Virus record (IMG/VR): IMGVR_UViG_3300034374_008829
Length of the DNA: 64,000 bases
DNA from: an uncultured virus (IMG/VR IMGVR_UViG_3300034374_008829)
Lineage: Duplodnaviria > Heunggongvirae > Uroviricota > Caudoviricetes
Direction: 5' to 3' (one strand)
The notes beneath the pieces are model-generated. The model worked only from the letters and a program-made list of their open reading frames with translations. It did no database searches and was not told the DNA's origin. A program made the position numbers and the translations under genes. Of this stretch, positions 9,212 to 18,622 are shown one piece after another; position 1 is the stretch's first letter, and each line of letters starts with the position of its first letter.

Positions 9212-9424
9212 CTAACGTCTCCATGCCTTAAACCTCATGCCACTAGGCCTTTTGAAAATCACGGGAGTGTAAGTTCCCGTCACAGTCCTGCCTTTGTATT
9301 GATAGGAGAACCGATAAGGCCTAGACTGCTGCGTGCTTTTAGTTGCGTAAGGGCAGGGAAATTCTGCGCCTACTGCAGGCAAAGACAACAGGATCGCACT
9401 GAGACAAAATAGGAATGGCTTCAT
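9212..9424 (-). CDS. hypothetical secreted protein
   Basis: Signal-peptide-like N-terminus. Confidence 0.5.
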   Translation of the reverse strand: MKPFLFCLSAILLSLPAVGAEFPCPYATKSTQQSRPYRFSYQYKGRTVTGTYTPVIFKRPSGMRFKAWRR

Positions 9425-9580
9425 CGGCCTTGTCCTCGATACTTTGATTTACCTCGGTAAGACCCCTTTTTGCGCTTTCCGTTTCCAATTGAGGTCTTCT
9501 TCGGCCTATCGCCCATAGTATGTCCATCACGATGCTGGTGGCTAGAGAGCTTTGAGGAACGCATTGAAACTCAAGAAAAC

Positions 9581-9826
9581 TTAACGTTTCCAGAGCGGTA
9601 CAAACGCAAAAGGGGGTGCCGGTAAGCCCATGGCGCTGAAATCGCGCACAAGCTTTCTATACATAATATAACTCATGAAAAACATCCTGATATTAAGGAC
9701 GTGAAGCTTTAGTTTCAGGTCCAGTGTTTTTGCAAAAATAAAGGCGTCCTCCGGAAAGAACGCCACCAAGCAGACCAAAACTAAGGGTAAGTACCAAACA
9801 GGTTCCATTGGTTCATCCCGATACAA
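9581..9826 (-). CDS. small membrane protein
   Basis: Hydrophobic segment; follows the lysozyme-like gene. Confidence 0.5.
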   Translation of the reverse strand: MYRDEPMEPVWYLPLVLVCLVAFFPEDAFIFAKTLDLKLKLHVLNIRMFFMSYIMYRKLVRDFSAMGLPAPPFAFVPLWKR

Positions 9827-10445
9827 TGTTATACCGAACCCTTTTCATCACTTCCCCTGCCTTGTGTCGACTTACTGATGCACGGTTACCAGCAAGGCCA
9901 TGGTAGTAACTGTAGCCATCCCGCCAGCTAACGCAAGCCCACTCTTTGGCTAAATCATCAAGAGCAGTTTCCAAGTTGGCACTTTTGCCTTTGAGGTACA
10001 TGGCAATCCGTGGACGCTTGTGCTCCAGAAGAGTTGCAAACAGTTTTGTTTGCAGCTCCTTCGTCAACAATTCAGTGTGAGGAGTTTTACTCTTCTGGAC
10101 AGCCAGGCGGAAGGTGCCGGGTATCATCTGATACCTGCCAATCGCAAAGATTTGCCTTTTTTGAAGCTGAATCACTTCGCCAACGGACATTTCCTCGAAG
10201 CTTCGTCCAGTAATTGACTTAATGCCGCGAGGCGTATCTCCAGCTCGTCCTCTGTTAACAGAATCCCAGCCGCCTTCACCAGAACCGATCAACTCAGCAA
10301 GGGGCAAGACCTGTACATGAAACGGGGGCGGCGTTGGCTTTGCTGCAAGCTCTACTGATTCAGCTTTTTCCTCTACCATAAAGCCAGATATGGTAGAAGC
10401 CGTCAAGCAAACGCCAGCTAAACCAGCAAGAATTGCGTTTTTCAT
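9813..10445 (-). CDS. lysozyme-like muramidase with N-terminal signal/SAR segment
   Basis: IGSGEG, AIGRYQMIPGT, LAKEWA motifs. Confidence 0.75.
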   Translation of the reverse strand: MKNAILAGLAGVCLTASTISGFMVEEKAESVELAAKPTPPPFHVQVLPLAELIGSGEGGWDSVNRGRAGDTPRGIKSITGRSFEEMSVGEVIQLQKRQIFAIGRYQMIPGTFRLAVQKSKTPHTELLTKELQTKLFATLLEHKRPRIAMYLKGKSANLETALDDLAKEWACVSWRDGYSYYHGLAGNRASVSRHKAGEVMKRVRYNIVSG

Positions 10446-10464
10446 TAGACACTAAATTAGCCCG

Positions 10465-10677
10465 TCAGGAACTGCTTAAAGACCTCACATATTTGGAGAA
10501 CTCAGTGAAACCGCCCACGGGTTGATTGTTGATTTCGATATAGGGTACTGTTTTCCAGTTTGGATGCTTTCCTTTATGCTCAACGTAGTCCCAATCCAGC
10601 GCTTCCATCAGCTTTTTCGCCTTGAAGCACCACCCGCACTCGGGCATAGTCCAAATCGCAATCTCGGGCACCTGCAT
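10465..10677 (-). CDS. glutaredoxin
   Basis: CGWC, TVPYI, VGGFTEF motifs. Confidence 0.9.
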   Translation of the reverse strand: MQVPEIAIWTMPECGWCFKAKKLMEALDWDYVEHKGKHPNWKTVPYIEINNQPVGGFTEFSKYVRSLSSS

Positions 10678-10689
10678 AGGTCAGAGGTA

Positions 10690-12279
10690 TCACCCTGACA
10701 CTTTACCGAGATCAACCGTTTCGCTTTCAAGGACGTGGATCAAGTGATCAACCATCCGATCCGAAACCTTGCTATCTACACCAGGGTCAAGGATTTTATC
10801 TAACTGCTTCACGTAGCTAGGTCCAGCCAATGTCACAACCATCCAAAGGTCATATGAGTTGAATTCGTCAGACATATGTTCTTCCAGTTCCTTGATCCTT
10901 TTTACAAGCCATCTCAGGGGAGGGCTCTGTACGGCCTCCAGAAGCGGCTGTAACCGCTCTCTGCGGTCGAAGTGATGCACATAGACCTTTAAGAGCCTTC
11001 TCTCTGCTAGGAGGCGCATACGATGCACGTCTGGTGCCTTGTAGATCTTTTCCTCAGAGAAAATCTTGATTTTTCCCCATTCTTTCGCGATACCTTGGGC
11101 TCCTTTCTCATCAGGCGCCAAGAGCAGCGAGATCTTTCGGATGTAGTGGCTTTTAACTGCCTCTGAGGTCATCTGATTGACAAGATGACGAAGTTCCCTT
11201 TCAACTTGGCTCATCTGCTTGGTATCAGTCCTGTCCAGCGTCTGTCCGTAGTCGTCGATAAAGCGATCCAGCCAAGGTTCCGCTTTGCAGATGTAGTTGT
11301 ATAAACTTGCTCCACCTTTTTCTCTGATCACCTCGTCAGGATCCATGCCGTCGGGCAGTCGAGCGATCTGGACATTGAACAGTCCTTGAAGGCTTAAAGG
11401 ACCAGCCGTCGTCATGAATTGCTTGATTGCAGTCTCCCCTCCAGCGTCGCCGTCAAAGCAGAGGATCAAAGAGCTAATTCCCTTGGCAAGCCTGATTAGT
11501 ACAGACGGGTCAGGTGCACCAGTCCCTTGGATTGCTACTACGTTTTTGATGCCTGCCTGCCACATCGACACAACATCCAAATGCCCTTCCACGAAAACTA
11601 AAGAGCCGCTTTCCCTTGCCGCTTCGCGTCCCCTGACCTCATTGAATACAAGCTTCTTCTTATCGAATATCTCCGATGTCTTTGAATTTTTATACTTTTG
11701 ATCTTGACTATCAAGCGTTGCTCGACCCGTAAATCCAACCAGTTCGTTTTTGTGGTTGCGGATCGGAATCGTTATCCGCCTCTCAAAAAAGCCATCCTTT
11801 GCAAATCCGATTCCAAACTCGTCGATCGCCTCATTGCTAATACTCCTCGCCTGAAGAATGTTCCTGATTCGCTGCGCCTTGTGATCCCACAGTGTTCTGA
11901 AGAAATCAATCTGCAACTCCTCTAACGAATCAATAACCTTCTGCCTTGCCTGCCTTTTCCGGCGTGCCTCTTCAGGGTCTTCCTCGTCAGTCTCAAATGA
12001 TATCCCGTAAATCTGAGCAGCCTTCTCTGCTGCGTCAAAAAACGTCAGACCGTAACGTTGCTGAAGAAAATCAATGTGATCGCCACCATTACGACAAGCA
12101 TGGCAAAAGCAAAATCCTTTGTCATCGTTGATTGTCAGAGATGGGTTTGTATCATCATGCCAAATACAAAGTGAAACATATTCCCTGCCATTCCTTTTTA
12201 ACTTGGCTCCCGTTAACTCGATCAGTTCAGAAAGAGAACGCTGCTTGATGCTCTCAAGCGTCTTAACTGAGACAGCCAT
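10690..12279 (-). CDS. dnaG: DNA primase (DnaG type)
   Basis: CHC2 zinc finger, KYKNS, Toprim VEGHLD and FDGDAGG. Confidence 0.95.
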   Translation of the reverse strand: MAVSVKTLESIKQRSLSELIELTGAKLKRNGREYVSLCIWHDDTNPSLTINDDKGFCFCHACRNGGDHIDFLQQRYGLTFFDAAEKAAQIYGISFETDEEDPEEARRKRQARQKVIDSLEELQIDFFRTLWDHKAQRIRNILQARSISNEAIDEFGIGFAKDGFFERRITIPIRNHKNELVGFTGRATLDSQDQKYKNSKTSEIFDKKKLVFNEVRGREAARESGSLVFVEGHLDVVSMWQAGIKNVVAIQGTGAPDPSVLIRLAKGISSLILCFDGDAGGETAIKQFMTTAGPLSLQGLFNVQIARLPDGMDPDEVIREKGGASLYNYICKAEPWLDRFIDDYGQTLDRTDTKQMSQVERELRHLVNQMTSEAVKSHYIRKISLLLAPDEKGAQGIAKEWGKIKIFSEEKIYKAPDVHRMRLLAERRLLKVYVHHFDRRERLQPLLEAVQSPPLRWLVKRIKELEEHMSDEFNSYDLWMVVTLAGPSYVKQLDKILDPGVDSKVSDRMVDHLIHVLESETVDLGKVSG

Positions 12280-12307
12280 GGGGGTTCCTTGGTTTGGCTG
12301 ATCTTAC

Positions 12308-13042
12308 CTAAAACAAATTACCTTGCAAGCGCCCATGCCCCAAATCCTCCCAGCCTTCCAATAAATCGATATCCTTGTCCGAGAAATCAGCCTGCAGGCA
12401 TCCAGAGCTGGCTAGAAGCCTGTCTATCGCCATTCGAGGGGTCTTGGTTGTTACACCTCTCAGGAAGGACTCAAACTGTTCAACCAGATCAGGGAACCGA
12501 TTCCGACCATCCTCCAAGGCGTTGACAGCCTCATCGAGGTACATCTTGCCGAAATTGATCTCTTCAGGCTCAAGTGAGACTGTTGGAGCTGCCTGCTCCT
12601 TAAGCTCAAGCGGTGGCCCAGAGCACACTTTGCGCACTTCCTGCCATTCCTCGAGTTCGATTTCTAGCGCCTTTGCTATCTCGATATCAGTGCTGCCCGA
12701 GTAAAGCAGCTTCCTGCCCTTGACCCAGCGCTCACGCATTTTATGGGTAAGACGCACTGCATAGGTACGATCCCGGACCCAGTGAAGAAGCTCCCCGCGA
12801 ATCGTCGGAGTAGCAAGCGAAGAGAACTTCATCGACTTACCCGTAACAGGGTGGGGCATGCTTGCGTCATACCTGAAGGCTGCTTTGCATAGACCCTCGA
12901 AAGCCACCGACTCCAAGGTGTGGTAATCGATCCCAGTCGAACGCTGGATGCGCCACGCCTCTCGGCGAGCAAGGTTTAAATTGTCAGCTGCTAAATCTTG
13001 CTGTTCTTTTGAAAGCCTGATCTTAGCCTGTTTCCTAGCCAT
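12308..13042 (-). CDS. RNA polymerase sigma factor, SigB/SigF/SigG family
   Basis: GLCKAAFRYD...FSSLATPTIRGELLHWVRDRTYAVRL region 2; EIAKALEI region 3. Confidence 0.85.
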   Translation of the reverse strand: MARKQAKIRLSKEQQDLAADNLNLARREAWRIQRSTGIDYHTLESVAFEGLCKAAFRYDASMPHPVTGKSMKFSSLATPTIRGELLHWVRDRTYAVRLTHKMRERWVKGRKLLYSGSTDIEIAKALEIELEEWQEVRKVCSGPPLELKEQAAPTVSLEPEEINFGKMYLDEAVNALEDGRNRFPDLVEQFESFLRGVTTKTPRMAIDRLLASSGCLQADFSDKDIDLLEGWEDLGHGRLQGNLF

Positions 13043-14540
13043 TGCCAATAATCCGAGAACCGCGACCCCAAGTCACTTCAGTAATTTGCGGGGGTGTTCT
13101 CTGCAGCATGTAGTTAACGGCCATTGTTAGGCCGTCCACCATGTCGTCATTTTTTGACGCAGGGAAGAGACTGAATTCGTTAATAAACGCTTCCAGCCAA
13201 GTAGCACTAGCAGGCAAGAAAACGTTGCCAGCCTCAACAATGGGAACAAGCCCACTTGCACGAGCCTCCTTAGAGCGGTCGGGTTTATAACCAATGAGCC
13301 CAGGTACTCGCTGAGACATCATTTGGTAAACAGCATAACCACTAGCAGCCAGCTCAATAATAGTACCACTGAGAGCATGTCTCTTGTACATTCTAGCGAT
13401 CATACTCATCGTTCCTACAACATCTAACTTTTCCCTTACCATGTCAAGAATATAAAACCTACTGCCGGCTTGTCCAACAACAACTCCAACAACATAGTCA
13501 GACTTATTTGTAGCTGTAAAAGTAGCGTCAACTGATAACATGATGCGCTGAAATTCAGGCATCACAGTGTCATAATTGTAATATTGCCACCAGTCAGGAT
13601 TAAACATGTTACCCCCTTCGGGAGCAGGGCGCTGTTGATATAGCGACGCAAAATCCCTAGAGCCTACAGCTTCTCTGATCCGCTCGAGGTCGTCAGTGTC
13701 GTATCGCTGAGGACATAGAGCTTGGCCCTCCTCCGTCCGCCAGTCTGGAACTGTAGGGCAATGTTCAGGTAAAGGAGGACGACTACCAGCATCTTCGTAA
13801 AGTGCAGGCAAGTCGACAATCGTCCAGTTTTCCCTACCTTTTTCGCTAACGTTTTTCTCATTCTCTAGCAGCTGACCAATCATGTCATTTTCAGACCACC
13901 GAGTCTGAATGACAACGATTGCACCAACTTGGGGTTCCAAGCGAGTGTACAGAGTTGATGTATACCAGTCGTTCAGTTTCTCCATTAATCGTTCAGATTC
14001 TGCATCCTCACGATTCTTGACCGGGTCATCAATGATCAGAAGGTGACCAGATCGACCAGTAATTGCACCGCCTACACCTGCAGCCCAGAGGCCTCCACCA
14101 GTTTCTGTTCCCCAAGCATTGACGGCTTGACTAGTCGGATTGAGTAATCCACCTCCCTCTCTAAAGAATTCTCGAGCCTTACGGGAGAATCCCTCGGCGA
14201 GTTCCGCTGAGTAGGAACTAATGCCGACAAACCGATCGGGATGAGCAAGAAGATAAGCAGCAGGAAGAAGTTGACTTGCAAGCAGTGATTTGCCGTGTCT
14301 AGGCGGGACTTGAAGTATGAGTCGATTGCATTCTCCGTCGATGACTCTCTGGAGCTGTTCGATAACAGTTGCATGAAATTTGTAAAAGGAATAACGAGGA
14401 TAGACCCGTTTAATAAACTTCCAGAAGATGACTTTTGTGCCAGCCTCTGCTTTCAGCTGCCGGCGTTGCTTGACAGTCTTGATCAGCTGCTGATCACCAG
14501 CAGCCTTCGTCAAATAATCTTTACCTAATTTCCCTGCCAT
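13035..14540 (-). CDS. terL: terminase large subunit
   Basis: PPRHGKS Walker A, LLIIDDPVK Walker B, QTRW, LYQQRP, DDMVD nuclease motif. Confidence 0.95.
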   Translation of the reverse strand: MAGKLGKDYLTKAAGDQQLIKTVKQRRQLKAEAGTKVIFWKFIKRVYPRYSFYKFHATVIEQLQRVIDGECNRLILQVPPRHGKSLLASQLLPAAYLLAHPDRFVGISSYSAELAEGFSRKAREFFREGGGLLNPTSQAVNAWGTETGGGLWAAGVGGAITGRSGHLLIIDDPVKNREDAESERLMEKLNDWYTSTLYTRLEPQVGAIVVIQTRWSENDMIGQLLENEKNVSEKGRENWTIVDLPALYEDAGSRPPLPEHCPTVPDWRTEEGQALCPQRYDTDDLERIREAVGSRDFASLYQQRPAPEGGNMFNPDWWQYYNYDTVMPEFQRIMLSVDATFTATNKSDYVVGVVVGQAGSRFYILDMVREKLDVVGTMSMIARMYKRHALSGTIIELAASGYAVYQMMSQRVPGLIGYKPDRSKEARASGLVPIVEAGNVFLPASATWLEAFINEFSLFPASKNDDMVDGLTMAVNYMLQRTPPQITEVTWGRGSRIIGNG

Positions 14541-14950
14541 ACCGCATCAAGCTGTCTGAGCCTCCAGTGTTCCATTCGGTGGCAGTTAGCACATAAGCAA
14601 ATGCATTTTTCTACCTCACGCAAAAAAACCTTGCGAGTGAGAATTCTGCTTGGACTCTTTTCTTTTTTAGATGGATCGACATGATGGAAATCAAACACTT
14701 GCCACAGCCCAGAGCCGCAGTGTGCGCATTTTAATGTTTGCAAATATTGGTTCTTCCATTCATAAAACTCACGATGCCGTCTCAATGATGTTTCACTGTC
14801 TTTCTGCTTCCTTTCAGGATTCACCCAACGGCTAACCGCTCGAGGAGTGCAACCTCGCTCTGTCGCAATCTCCCTTAAGGCTTTGCCTTTGATATAGTAT
14901 TCAACGCAAATCTCTGCCTCTTCTTCTAATGTGAACTTTTTAGCGGGCAA
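14525..14950 (-). CDS. HTH plus HNH endonuclease
   Basis: LREIATERGCTPRAVSRW HTH; CAHC...DFHHVDP...CANCHRMEH. Confidence 0.85.
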   Translation of the reverse strand: MPAKKFTLEEEAEICVEYYIKGKALREIATERGCTPRAVSRWVNPERKQKDSETSLRRHREFYEWKNQYLQTLKCAHCGSGLWQVFDFHHVDPSKKEKSPSRILTRKVFLREVEKCICLCANCHRMEHWRLRQLDAVWQGN

Positions 14951-14979
14951 CGAATTTGAGCGTTTCTTTATTATAGCGA

Positions 14980-15606
14980 CTACTCTTCAACTGGGATCTC
15001 GTAGGGGTCATCGCCAACCTCCTCTACTTCGACTTCTTCAATTTCTTGATCAACAACTTGCATCAGCTCATTGACGCCTAGTGACGTTGCCCAGGCCTGT
15101 CTACCTTGCTCTGAAATGTTTGCCGCTGCACGCATCAAGCCTGACACTAAATGCATCGGGATATCTTCACCCTCTGCTTGCGCCTTGTCTAATCGCTGCT
15201 GAATGATATCCATGAGGTTATTGCTAACCTCCATCATCGTCTTGGCTTGTTCTTCGTTTGATTTCCTGAATTCCTCAATCGCCTTTCGGTGGCGAGAGCG
15301 TTCAATCTTATTCGCTTCTGCGAAGTGCTTACGAATCTGCTCCTTATCCCACTGGGCGACACGGCGCTGCCAGTTCCAAGTCTCAGACCACTTCCCCAAC
15401 GCTTGGTTACTGTGACCAGTCAACCTAGAAGTATTCTCTAGGCTACGTTGAGCCCCCAGGTTCAGATAAACCTGAAAGGCACGGAATTGCTGCTCGTTTT
15501 CATGCTGCCCAGCTTCACTTACGCGATACCCTCTGCGGTAGTCGTAGATCTTGCCAGGCAGGACAATTGCTTTGGCCTCTTTCCAGCTATCCGGGTCCGA
15601 TGACAT
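14980..15606 (-). CDS. putative terminase small subunit
   Basis: AFQVYLNLGAQRSL...WSETWNWQRRVAQWD helical domain upstream of terL. Confidence 0.6.
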   Translation of the reverse strand: MSSDPDSWKEAKAIVLPGKIYDYRRGYRVSEAGQHENEQQFRAFQVYLNLGAQRSLENTSRLTGHSNQALGKWSETWNWQRRVAQWDKEQIRKHFAEANKIERSRHRKAIEEFRKSNEEQAKTMMEVSNNLMDIIQQRLDKAQAEGEDIPMHLVSGLMRAAANISEQGRQAWATSLGVNELMQVVDQEIEEVEVEEVGDDPYEIPVEE

Positions 15607-15627
15607 CTCGTCATGCGATTCCCGATA

Positions 15628-16281
15628 TTATTCCGAGTCCCAGCCGAGAGCGGTTGCGACATCAGGAAGTTGCTCACAGAAGATCTTTTTGATTTCCTGT
15701 GCAATCAACCTGTGCTCGAGCTGAGTCTCGATGCCAGCCCTAATGTCGATGTAATGGATCCAGCTGCGGATGGTGCCAGACATGTACAACCGCGTCGGGG
15801 TTCCCAAGGGTAGGACACTCCTAGCGCACTCTTTAGCAATGCCGTCGTGCAACATGTTTTGATACAAGCGGCTTGCCTCTTTGTATAACTGACTGATCCG
15901 ACCCTCATAATAACTACGAAGGTTAGGAGCCAATGTATCGTGGCTGGCCTGCTTGTTTTTTACATCTTGCACGCGAAGATGAGGATAGCCAACAGGCTCA
16001 AGAGCATTGACGTCAGCATAGCGTTGTGAGAATTCCTGAAATGAGAATGAACGGTGACGAAGCACTTGGGCTGCGATTGCACGAGTGGTGTCAATCTGAA
16101 TTTGCATAGATGCCATTTCAAATGGCGACCAATGCTTGTGCTTGATCAGGTACGCAATCAGCTTGGAGCTGCTTGGGTTGTCTTGGTTCCTTGGATTGCT
16201 AACCCTGGCCTGATACACAATCTGCTTCTCAGCATCAGGTGTAATGCTCAGGAAGGTAGCCGTGTGAACTTCCTTATTCAA
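15628..16281 (-). CDS. thyX: FAD-dependent thymidylate synthase
   Basis: HWSPFE, RHRSFSFQEFSQRY, KECARSVLP motifs. Confidence 0.96.
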   Translation of the reverse strand: MNKEVHTATFLSITPDAEKQIVYQARVSNPRNQDNPSSSKLIAYLIKHKHWSPFEMASMQIQIDTTRAIAAQVLRHRSFSFQEFSQRYADVNALEPVGYPHLRVQDVKNKQASHDTLAPNLRSYYEGRISQLYKEASRLYQNMLHDGIAKECARSVLPLGTPTRLYMSGTIRSWIHYIDIRAGIETQLEHRLIAQEIKKIFCEQLPDVATALGWDSE

Positions 16282-16463
16282 GAGACTCCTTTGCCAAGGT
16301 TCCAGCGCAGCCTTTGCATTCGGTAGGCTTGGACCGAGTCTTCAATATCATCAAAAGCCATAGATAATGAAGCCGACGAACCCTCGTAAGTAGTGGGTGA
16401 ATTCGGGTCTCCGACGACTTTCCAGTGCCAGACATGGCCCTCCAGATCAAGAATTACTCGCAT
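16278..16463 (-). CDS. hypothetical protein
   Basis: 61-aa ORF with ATGA coupling. Confidence 0.5.
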   Translation of the reverse strand: MRVILDLEGHVWHWKVVGDPNSPTTYEGSSASLSMAFDDIEDSVQAYRMQRLRWNLGKGVS

Positions 16464-16607
16464 CAGACTGTTCCTTCATTTCGTAATAAGCTTGGAAGCA
16501 TTCTTCCTCTGAGGCACACATCCCAGTGACGATTTTAGGCATGTTTGGCATGCCCTCTACCCAGTAACGGTAATAACCATCACCAGTCTCTGTGGACAGG
16601 GTGAATT

Positions 16608-17447
16608 TCAAAATGGCAACTCCAGAATCGGGGAAGAACTGGCGCCGTAGGGCGTGTACCAGCGCGGATAATCTAGCTTATTTATTGAAGGCTCAGGGAC
16701 CGGCCACTGATCAAGAGTTGCACAAGTTTTCAAAAGCTTAAGTGCAGCTTGATTTTTGGTGAGACCCTCACGCATCATATTGGGACTTACCTCAAACATG
16801 TCTACGCAGTAGGGAGCCTTGCGCTCAACAGCGACAAAGATAAAGCGGAAAGGTTTGCCATAAGCGATCTCAGCAGCTTTTGCGTAGTAAGCAGCTTGGA
16901 AGTCGTACTGAAGACCTACAACCTTTTTCTGAAACGTTGTGGCATCAACAGAATCAGTCGTCTTAAGGTCTAGGACGATTCCCTCATCCACCAGAACACG
17001 ATCCAAGCGAGCTTTGCACTTGACCCCAAGCCAGTCCCAGTAAATCGAGACTTCGTTGTACTTGATGTATTCCTTATCAGTCCCCTTGAACCAGTCCAGC
17101 TTCCGAAGAGCCTCTGTCATTCCCTCGACGGAATTCCAAGGATCATCCTTGCCGCCAGTAGTAAGAATTTTTTTCTTACCTACAGTCGCCTTCCATTCCC
17201 TGCCTTCCTTGGTGGACAGGTTGATGTCTTTGGGTTTTTGGATGTAGCTGCTCTGAAAAGCTTTCTCGCCATCAAGAACACGGCAGTGCAGTGCTGTTCC
17301 CATTTCCATCGCTGGGGTAGGGATCATGCTGAAAGTCTTCGCCGACTCGTAATGAGCAGGGGACTTCAATATGCATTTAAGGTGCGACTGGCTTTGCCCT
17401 TCAGCCTTGCGGTATTCAGGATCCGGTTGGTTGTAGATAACTTCCAC
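16608..17447 (-). CDS. PD-(D/E)XK exonuclease, RecE/ExoVIII (DUF3799)-like
   Basis: GTALHC, CKARLD, DLKTT, YDFQAAYY motifs. Confidence 0.88.
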   Translation of the reverse strand: MEVIYNQPDPEYRKAEGQSQSHLKCILKSPAHYESAKTFSMIPTPAMEMGTALHCRVLDGEKAFQSSYIQKPKDINLSTKEGREWKATVGKKKILTTGGKDDPWNSVEGMTEALRKLDWFKGTDKEYIKYNEVSIYWDWLGVKCKARLDRVLVDEGIVLDLKTTDSVDATTFQKKVVGLQYDFQAAYYAKAAEIAYGKPFRFIFVAVERKAPYCVDMFEVSPNMMREGLTKNQAALKLLKTCATLDQWPVPEPSINKLDYPRWYTPYGASSSPILELPF

Positions 17448-17466
17448 TAACCACTAAGCAGTTAGT

Positions 17467-17823
17467 TTAGTTTAGCGGAGTGATCTCTACAATCCACTTA
17501 GAGTCAGCTTTTTTTGTCCTGGTCCAGACAACACTTATTTCAGAGATAATGCCAAGACGATCATCAGCCCAAAGAAGCTTGTTGCCAGCATCCATGAGAG
17601 ACCCAATAATATTATCGGCATCACCTCGACCTTCACCGAAAAGCTCTACATCTAGCCTGATAGGCGTTTCAATAGGCTCCCCAGTGTATTGCTCTTGGAT
17701 CAGAGCAATCATTTGCTTTCGCTTATCAAGGTAATCTTTCGGCATGAATACCCCGTATTGAGTCACTCGGGGGCGAGCCTTGCTGAACAAGGGCATCGGA
17801 AATACAAGCCGGATCGATTCCAA
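17467..17823 (-). CDS. rusA: RusA-family Holliday junction resolvase
   Basis: SKARPR, DADNII...MDA...WADD motifs. Confidence 0.8.
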   Translation of the reverse strand: MESIRLVFPMPLFSKARPRVTQYGVFMPKDYLDKRKQMIALIQEQYTGEPIETPIRLDVELFGEGRGDADNIIGSLMDAGNKLLWADDRLGIISEISVVWTRTKKADSKWIVEITPLN

Positions 17824-17853
17824 GATATTTTCTCAGCTAGATAATGATGCCGA

Positions 17854-18183
17854 CTACTTGCTGTAGTAGTCATCAACGACAGAATCGTAGTCAATGCGAA
17901 GCTCTGAACCTTGCAAAGCACAATTCACATAATCCTCTAGGACGTCTTCATAGACGACCTGATGGCGACTTGGTTTCTCTAGGGCTTGAATCTCTCGCTC
18001 GATGTACCAAATCGCCTTCTTAAGTCCTTCTACAGGATTCTCGCCAGGCTTCCTGCCGTTGCGTGCAATGTACTTAACAGCATTACCCAAGCGATAATTG
18101 AGACCCCAGTCCTCAATAACATCAATGGGTTCGTGCTTGCGATCCCCACGGTAGTGGCTTGGGTTGATGCTGTCGTAAGTCAT
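17854..18183 (-). CDS. DUF3310 protein
   Basis: INPSHY, GNAVKYIAR, LKKAIWY motifs. Confidence 0.85.
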   Translation of the reverse strand: MTYDSINPSHYRGDRKHEPIDVIEDWGLNYRLGNAVKYIARNGRKPGENPVEGLKKAIWYIEREIQALEKPSRHQVVYEDVLEDYVNCALQGSELRIDYDSVVDDYYSK

Positions 18184-18374
18184 TTCCAAGAGCGATGAAA
18201 GGATTTAAGTGCCGTCAACCGTCTGGTCAGCTCACCCTCTGACCACTTGACTTCGTCATTCAAGATCGATTCAAGGTCATCAAGAAGTAGGCGGGGATTA
18301 GTGATTCCGTCTCCAAGGTATTCAAAGACAGATTCCGCCAAACGCTCTTTACGCTGTTCCTCGTAGCTTGTCAT
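18180..18374 (-). CDS. hypothetical protein
   Basis: 64-aa coupled ORF. Confidence 0.55.
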   Translation of the reverse strand: MTSYEEQRKERLAESVFEYLGDGITNPRLLLDDLESILNDEVKWSEGELTRRLTALKSFHRSWK

Positions 18375-18622
18375 GATCCCTCTTTGATGTTACGACGGTC
18401 GTAGACGGTGGTTCGCTTAGCCCCCATCTTGATGAAAACTTGACATCTTTTGGATGTGCTGTCTTCAACTACAGCAGTTTGCCAACCAGAACCGTTAAAT
18501 ACTTTGACCGTTGTGCCTCTTCTGAAAACAGGAAGCGGCGTAGGGTCCTGACCCATCCAGTCTGCGGCTTTTTGTGCTGAGGGCTTTGGCTTGAAAGTGC
18601 CATCTTTAAGCGTCCTACCCAT
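18371..18622 (-). CDS. small SH3/KOW-like protein
   Basis: RGTTVKVFNGSGWQTAVV beta pattern; start at MGRTLKD. Confidence 0.5.
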   Translation of the reverse strand: MGRTLKDGTFKPKPSAQKAADWMGQDPTPLPVFRRGTTVKVFNGSGWQTAVVEDSTSKRCQVFIKMGAKRTTVYDRRNIKEGS

